Origin: Cyanophora paradoxa CCMP329
Lineage: Eukaryota > Plantae > Glaucophyta
Assembly: GCA_004431415.1 (NCBI GenBank)
Contig: QPMI01000469.1
Coordinates: 62,001-126,000 of the forward strand
Direction of reading: 5' to 3'
Length of the DNA: 64,000 bases
In this document: one piece after another, positions 57,294 to 64,000 of the stretch
How positions within the stretch are numbered: the stretch's first letter is position 1
Layout of the letters: every line of letters starts with the position of its first letter
The notes under the pieces: generated by a model
The model's database searches: none
The model's input: only the letters and a program-made list of their open reading frames with translations
What the model was told of the DNA's origin: nothing
Translations under genes and position numbers: made by a program

Positions 57294-58252
57294 GAACAAA
57301 GGGACTTGCGGAGACGTCGATTTCGTTGGGAAATCTGAGAAAGAGGACAATATAAAACATGATCCAGTTGTTGAAAAGGAAGCTGGGGATGTGGGGTACG
57401 CTGGACGCGCACGAACCGTGAGGCGCGATGATTTCTTAGAGGAGTATGAGTATGAAGTATGAAGAATGAGTATCAAGCTTGGGTTCTTGTGTCTTGCACT
57501 GGTGGACGTCTTGAACTATGGAGCTGGGGTGTGTGTGGATCTTGTTCTATGAGGTCGGTTGGCCTTGATTGCACGTTTTGTTGGTCTCATGTGGTGCCTT
57601 GAGTGGCCCGTCGGTTGGGAAAGGTCCGTGTTCCGCAAACTTCGAAAGCCGTATGAACAAAGGGACTTGCGGAGACGTCGATTTCGTTGGGAAATCTGAG
57701 AAAGAGGACAATATAAAACATGATCCAGTTGTTGAAAAGGAAGCTGGGGATGTGGGGTACGCTGGACGCGCACGAACCGTGGGGCGCGATGATTTCTTAG
57801 AGGAGTATGAGTATGAAGTATGAAGAATGAGTATCAAGCTTGGGTTCTTGTGTCTTGCACTGGTGGACGTCTTGAACTATGGAGCTGGGGTGTGTGTGGA
57901 TCTTGTTCTATGAGGTCGGTTGGCCTTGATTGCACGTTTTGTTGGTCTCATGTGGTGCCTTGAGTGGCCCGTCGGTTGGGAAAGGTACCGGTCCGTGTTC
58001 CGCAAACTTCGAAAGCCGTATGAACAAAGGGACTTGCGGAGACGTCGATTTCGTTGGGAAATCTGAGAAAGAGGACAATATAAAACATGATCCAGTTGTT
58101 GAAAAGGAAGCTGGGATGTGGGGTACGCTGGACGCGCACGAACCGTGAGGCGCGATGATTTCTTAGAGGAGTATGAGTATGAAGTATGAAGAATGAGTAT
58201 CAAGCTTGGGTTCTTGTGCCTCGCACTGGTGGACGTCTTGAACTATGGAGCT
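57294..58252. repeat. ~361-367-bp tandem repeat, about 2.6 near-identical copies
   Basis: Units start at 57294, 57655 and 58022. Differences include a 6-bp insertion and a 1-bp G-run change. Confidence 0.95.
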
Positions 58253-58701
58253 ATGAGGTTGGTTGGCCTTGAGTGTGTGTGGAAGAGTAAATGGAAGTCT
58301 AAGAATGAGTATGAAGTATGAAGAATGAGTATCTTGGGTTTTAATCTAAAAAGGGTGCGCGAAACAAATTCTTGAAAGAGAATAATAACTGAAAAACAGG
58401 GGAAACGAAGTCCCCTCCCCTCCACCAGTGCCCACTTAGCCCGTCCCCTCTCCAAGCTTGGTGGATGTCTATATGTCTTGCACTTGGGTACTTGGGACTG
58501 GATGGAAGAGTAGGTGTGTAGTAGAAGAGAGTAGAAGAGTAGAAGGTACTGGTACTTGGAAAAGTGGAGAGTAGTATGTGTGTGTATCTAGAAGAATGAG
58601 TATGAAGTATGAAGAATAAGTATCTTGGGTTCTTGGGTTCTTGGGTTCTTGTGTCTGGGATGTCTTGGTGGATGTCTTGAACGATGGTGCTGGGGTGTAA
58701 G

Positions 58702-58784
58702 TCCCCTCCCCCGCCCCAAGCCCCCCCCCCCCCCCCCCCCGCCCGCCCCGCCCCGCCCCCCCCCCCCCCCCCACCCCCACCCCC
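58702..58784. repeat. Poly-C tract (G-quadruplex-capable on minus strand)
   Basis: Read directly. Confidence 0.85.
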
Positions 58785-58999
58785 GGCCACGTTTCAGCCC
58801 GCGCTCGACAACCTGCGAGAATCAGAAGGCGAGTGGAGGTGTTAAAACGAAAAATATAATTGTTGACACTAGAAACTGTTACTACAGTTTGTGTCAAGAA
58901 ATTTGAGCGTTATCCTCCAGTTCATCTAAAGTCGATAAAATGTCGTGTCCATTGACTCCGTCGTTAGCTTCTGTCGAAAATATCGATACATTAAAGAGA

Positions 59000-61900
59000 T
59001 TTGAAGACGGTCACACCTTGAACGCCAGAACGATCTGCTTGCGTGTTCCCTGGAAAAACTGACATTTACAAAACCGGGTGAACCGCCTGCGCATTGTTGC
59101 GAACCGTTTGGCTTCATGAGGGGAGCGGTGGTGTGTGAGGAGGTGTGTGAGGAATCGACAAAAATATCCGTATGATCTTGCCATGTGTTCTCTTCTGGAT
59201 AATCTTCTAAAAAAATGGCAGGAAGGGTGTACTGCGAAAAAACAAATGACGTCAAATTTTCATATCATAATTAAAAATCACATTTACTCACATTTTTGGA
59301 AATGTCGTCAGATATGTGGTCGAACAAGGCGTGCGGGAGAAATTTACAGCTCTCTCGACTAAGAGCGTTGAGCTGATGTTCTTTGACAACATGTGACCTG
59401 TGCAAATCGTAAGGAACTATCACACTGATAAAGAAACATTACCGCGTACATGAACGCAGAATCAAGAATTGCGCCTTTGATGAATTTGTTGATCTCAGTT
59501 ATAACAAAAGTCGACCAAGTCCGAATTTTCTCGACCTTGTTAACCGCAGGAAGTCGATGCTCGTAAATCACTGCGAATTTAATGTTAAGGCGAAGTCTAA
59601 CGCACGTCTGAGGCGAAGTCTAACGCACGCTTCCCACTCTTGGGTTCAGGAATAACAAAACCAACACCAACAACAACGAGTTCGCCAGTTTCAGTCATCT
59701 CCCAGTTATATTCGCTTTCGTCGCGCTGAGCGGATCTCCGCAATAAATTGAAGCGATTCCAGCCGTCGTACTCATCCATTTCCACCTCTCTGAAACAAGG
59801 AGGTTCACCCAGCTTGCGCTTGTCTGCTTTGATTCGTCGAGCAACAGATTGAAGCGGAAGCTTGATCAAAACACGTTTGACCTGAAAACACATAAGCGTT
59901 CAGGTCTTGGACTTACACGGGAATACTTACACGCTTGGACTCGGGCACATCAGGTCTTGACCTTAACACCATTTCGTCACGAAGTTGTTGGCATTGAGAT
60001 AAATACCTTTGAGATTTTGGCTTAATCACAACCGCAACCTGCGCATTTCATGGCCGGCGTCACAAAGAATGGTAAAATCATCACAAACAGACCTTGGAAT
60101 GCTGGAGTTGAACTGCTCGTTGCTTCTTCGCGCCAGTCGTTCTTTGGAGAGTAAATAACAAACGACAAATCTTTCTTGTGACATTTAAAGCGTACCTTTC
60201 ATCTGAACCATTGCTCGACGACCCAGGACGTTTGTATCCTCTCGTCGCTGGTTCAAGGCTCTGTTTGGATATTTTGTCATCGTCATCGTCAATCGCGTTT
60301 TGATCGGAATCTTCGCCCTTTTCGGCCTTCGGCGGTCTCACGCGTGGTCTTCTTTGGCGCTTATGTGGAATTGCTGCGAACTGCGAGCAATCAAATGTTT
60401 GACTGATCATTTTTCACTTGCACGCACTGGATCGTGTTCAACGAGCGACATGGACGGTTCGTTGACGCTTGGTTCGTCATGCACAGGAGTCTCTTCGATC
60501 AGGTCAGCTCTCCAGAAGATTGATTTGAACCGTCCCGAGATGCTTTCCATATTGGGCTGCAATATAAGTTGGATTTGAAAAAATTGAAGTCATTCGCTGA
60601 AATTGAAGGCATACCGCATTCGTTTGCTGGACAGACGAGACTCTAAGATCCTGAAAATGCCATGGAACTTTCATACCAATGCGTCTCGCCGTCATAACAA
60701 CGACCAGATGTTCAACGGAGACTCCATGACTGTCCTGAAAGAACAGTTAGAAGTTATAAAAAGCAAACAACGATCAAACCTTTGGCAAGATGATGCCATG
60801 TTTCTTGACAAGAAGCTCGATGTTCACTCGACCAGTGTACATCCCAGCGGCAACAAACTCTTTCGTGACATTGCCAGTTGAGTCAGTTCTTGGATAATAA
60901 AGGTTAACCAATGCGCCAAATGGCAAAGAGGTCTGCTCGCGTCCTTGTCGACACTTTTCGATTCGCATTCTCCATCCCACATCTGAACAGCGCCATCTGA
61001 TTTGAGAAACGGCGTCACTGCAAAAATGTTGTCAGAGTCCAAATGAATTCGAAGTAATCAAAATGCAAAAACGAACGCCAATCGGCAGCATGTACGGTCC
61101 GGGTGAGATCCTTAGTCTTTGCATCGATATTGGTTTTTTTCTTCACCAAGTACTTCCGGTGTTGCGGGAGTCGTAGCCAATGATCTCACCGGATGACTCC
61201 TTGAAATATTGTTCAGAAGTATTTAATGATCTCAACCGATGACATCTTCGAAAAAATATTCAGAGGCTTACGTCTAAAAGTGCGAGCGAAGACCGCTTGT
61301 CTTTTCGCCATAGCCAGAGTCGGTAGTTCAGATACTTTTGGGCAACATGATCCGTGTAAGGTTCCTGTGATTGTTAAAGTTTGTAAGGTTCCTGTGATTG
61401 TAGAAGAATTTCAAATACCTGAAGTTTATGTGCAAGAAACTTGATAACGAGTATGATTCTTGAACGAAGTCCTGCCAACAATGGAATACATAAGCACCTA
61501 CAGTCGACAATCTCGAGGTTTGTACCGGGATAACAATTCGAGAAGTCAGACGGCCTCGGCTCGCAAATCGCTCTCCAGAGGCAGAAGATGATGGGCATTA
61601 AAGCTTCGTCAAAAATCCGGATATTGTCCGACTTTGTATATTTTTTCCCCTCCCGATGCTTTACCAGAAAACCACATCCTGTGCAAAAATGAGAATTTGA
61701 AGGCAAGTGAATATCGATCAATCTAACCTTCCGGTGGTGATGCGAAAATGTGGTCGTCAGGTACTTTGATATCGTACTTGGCATCGACAAAAAACTGTTG
61801 AAATTGAAGAATATGGTTGCGCTGATTTGCGCTGTTAATGTCAAGACTGAGAAAAATAAAAAAAGTACCAGTTCAGCGTTCGATCCTTGAAATCGATATG

Positions 61901-64000
61901 TGCCAAAATGGTCGATGAGCTTTGAAAGAAATGCGCTGATCGTTATATCGGAAATTTCACGATATCCGTTCACTCCGACGTTTTTCAAACCTGTATTAAG
62001 CTTTGATTTGAAAATGAAGCTCCTCGAAGAAAAAAAGAAAACGCACAAAAAGCTTTACGCATACTTCGTGTAGGAGAGGTACACTGAGAGGCCACGAATC
62101 CATTGGAGTTTCCATTTTCTGGAATTCTTTACTTGTGTCTGAAAGCAAGAAATCATGGTGAATATAAAAAACCAGAAATGACGATGAGAAACACGGATCT
62201 GCACATTTTGGCTTTCGAGCCGTAAGTTCGGCGAATTGATCAGCAAGCGGGTTACCCCATTTATATTTACTCGGCGTCGAGTCTTCGCAAGGTCCGATTT
62301 GGCGTTCCCGAATCTCACTCACAGCTGAGCGCAAGGTAAATTTCTTCAAAACTGACCGCAGAGCGAAAATCCGACGACGTACAGGTTTCGAACTTCCCTC
62401 TCAGGTCTTTCACAACAGATAGAAGAGTATTCTTCCGATCCTCTTCATCTGTGATAGCTCTTTGAAGCTCTTCAAGTTCAAGCCTGCAAAACGGTTAAGG
62501 AACACAACCTGTACCAAAAAAACAAACGAACTCGTCAGCTCCACTAAGTTCGCGGTCGCCGCGAAGTTTCGTTTTGGAAGCTATAGAAGTGATAGCTTCT
62601 TGAACACATGTCAATTGATGGGCAAGTGTCGTTGCGATTTGAAGGCATTTTGCTAATGACGTATCTCTCGCAAACGAGTCCTTGAGTCCATCGACCCTGA
62701 GAAGTGATCGTCAATAACCTCAATAAAATCGCCAGTAAAACACTTGCCTTTCGATGAATTTTGAGGTTGATTGGATACTTCGGCGCACAGAAGGAGAACC
62801 TTCTTCAGTCGACCATCTGAGTGTGCGGATAAATGTAAGCGATCAAATCCCAGAAACCGATTTTCCAACCGAAGTTCATAAATCCTCCATTGTCATGTCG
62901 AGGCCTTCCGTGAGAGTTGGAAAAGACGCTTGGATTTCTGATACAATAAAGAATTCTTGAATAAAGAATAAAGAAAGGAAATTGATTGATTGAAATAATA
63001 CCGGATTTAATTTGTCGGATCGAAACTGCAAGTTCTCGCTCACGCTTTGTTTGAAGAAGTATTTGATTGGGTGAGAGGCTGTACAGGATAAGGTACAAAA
63101 AATGGAGAAATGAACAAAATAGATCGCACCTTGTAGTTTCGCGATTTTCGATGAAGCTTCCAATTTCTCGAATCAGAGCTTTTCCCAGACGAAGCAGCTC
63201 AGTTGCTTGAGGCTGCTCGTGCAAATTGTTTTCTGCCGCCTCGAGCCTGCTAGGTGCATGATTCCTCCAAATTAGGGGTGCACAGATTCGCAAAGAGGTG
63301 CACACCTTGAAGCCATGAAGTTGAAATTCTCACGCTTCATAGTCAAGAGGTCGGAAGCAACTAAAGGTAGCGAAACGAGTCAAATTAAAGCTTTCGATCG
63401 CAGATGGGAGAACAGACACACGCGAAGTACAATCTTGGTCTCCAGGAAAAAGGCGTTTCATTTCATGAACTTCAGCTGTACATGACGAAAGAGATGTTTG
63501 CTTTTCTGATGCGAGAGAAGACGCCGGTGATCCTGCATTGAAAGCATTATAAAGAATTAACGACGTCAAAAACAGAATTAGAGTCACGCCTTCCACTTTG
63601 ATGGAGGGAGTGTTTGCCAGCGGGAAGGGCATGCGCTGCAGCTGAGGAAACGGGAACGGCATGGCTTTCGATTCTGCTTTAGTATTAAAAACGTGTCTGA
63701 CAAGCGCTTCATGCAGGAAACCAGACCTGAATCTCTGGAAGGAGAAGAGCGGAGATCAGACAGTTTATGAGATGCACCTGCCAGGAATAGGTTAACGAAA
63801 ACCAGAAGAAGAAGCGGCGTTTGAGATCGGCTTTACTGTACGAAGGGAAATTTGAACAGAACGCAAGATGTCCAAAAGGATTGCACCGTTCTCTTGGTCA
63901 GTTATGTCGACCTCCGATTTAATTGAACGCTCGAGTGAACTCCCGACAGCCCTGCTGCTTGAGCTTGAAGTCTGCAAAACTTTTTCGATGTCGTCAGAAA
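59000..64000 (-). CDS. Unidentified intron-rich gene or degenerate gene; 5' part beyond window
   Basis: Short coding-looking segments separated by ~50-nt GT...pyrimidine-rich...AG gaps on the minus strand (e.g. near 63780-63836 and 63082-63130). The reading frame could not be fully rebuilt. Confidence 0.4.

Larger units (their letters stand above)
56140..64000. mobile_element. Probable nested transposable-element insertion(s) into the viral patatin gene; continues beyond window
   Basis: Starts with TG where the ORF breaks; CpG no longer depleted; hairpins, tandem arrays and an intron-containing gene follow. No transposase/RT motif firmly recognised. Confidence 0.45.

Noticed and set aside
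56740-58252. Repeat arrays as a possible CRISPR array
   Set aside because: Units are head-to-tail without unique spacers, and no cas genes are present.
58900-64000. Alternative genetic code to explain the lack of long ORFs
   Set aside because: Breaks coincide with GT-AG intron-like, pyrimidine-rich gaps rather than one recurring stop codon.

Overview
Eukaryotic nuclear DNA in three compositional blocks. (1) 1-45,560 is a mostly GC-rich, gene-dense host chromosome with many short introns, often GC-AG. It carries CFAP157-like, FHA+forkhead, plastid-type phosphohexomutase, TM9SF, tRNA-Val(CAC), FkbM methyltransferase, P4-ATPase, WD40/coiled-coil, plastid-type Der/EngA, RRP45, secreted EGF-repeat, SF-assemblin and M14 carboxypeptidase genes, plus a 2.4-kb A-B-X-B-A repeat element. 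Flagellar genes together with MAF/MEAF-starting plastid presequences suggest a glaucophyte such as Cyanophora (inference). (2) 45,565-56,139 is an AT-rich, intronless, tightly packed endogenous-virus-like segment. It starts exactly at a 28-bp inverted-repeat-bounded 283-bp unit and contains a candidate iteron origin, a prokaryotic-type S-adenosylmethionine decarboxylase, a DUF723-like Zn ribbon, five phage-like fibre genes with a small phage-type partner gene, and a truncated patatin. Four fibre genes share an N-terminal module but have different tips. In the largest fibre gene CpG is depleted about 5-fold, and almost all surviving CpGs are in TCG/CGA context. No capsid, packaging ATPase, polymerase or integrase gene is visible in the window. 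(3) 56,140-64,000 interrupts the patatin and looks like nested insertion(s): CCGAC hairpins, 15-bp and ~361-bp tandem repeats, and an unidentified intron-containing minus-strand gene. Exon boundaries were read by eye and are approximate.
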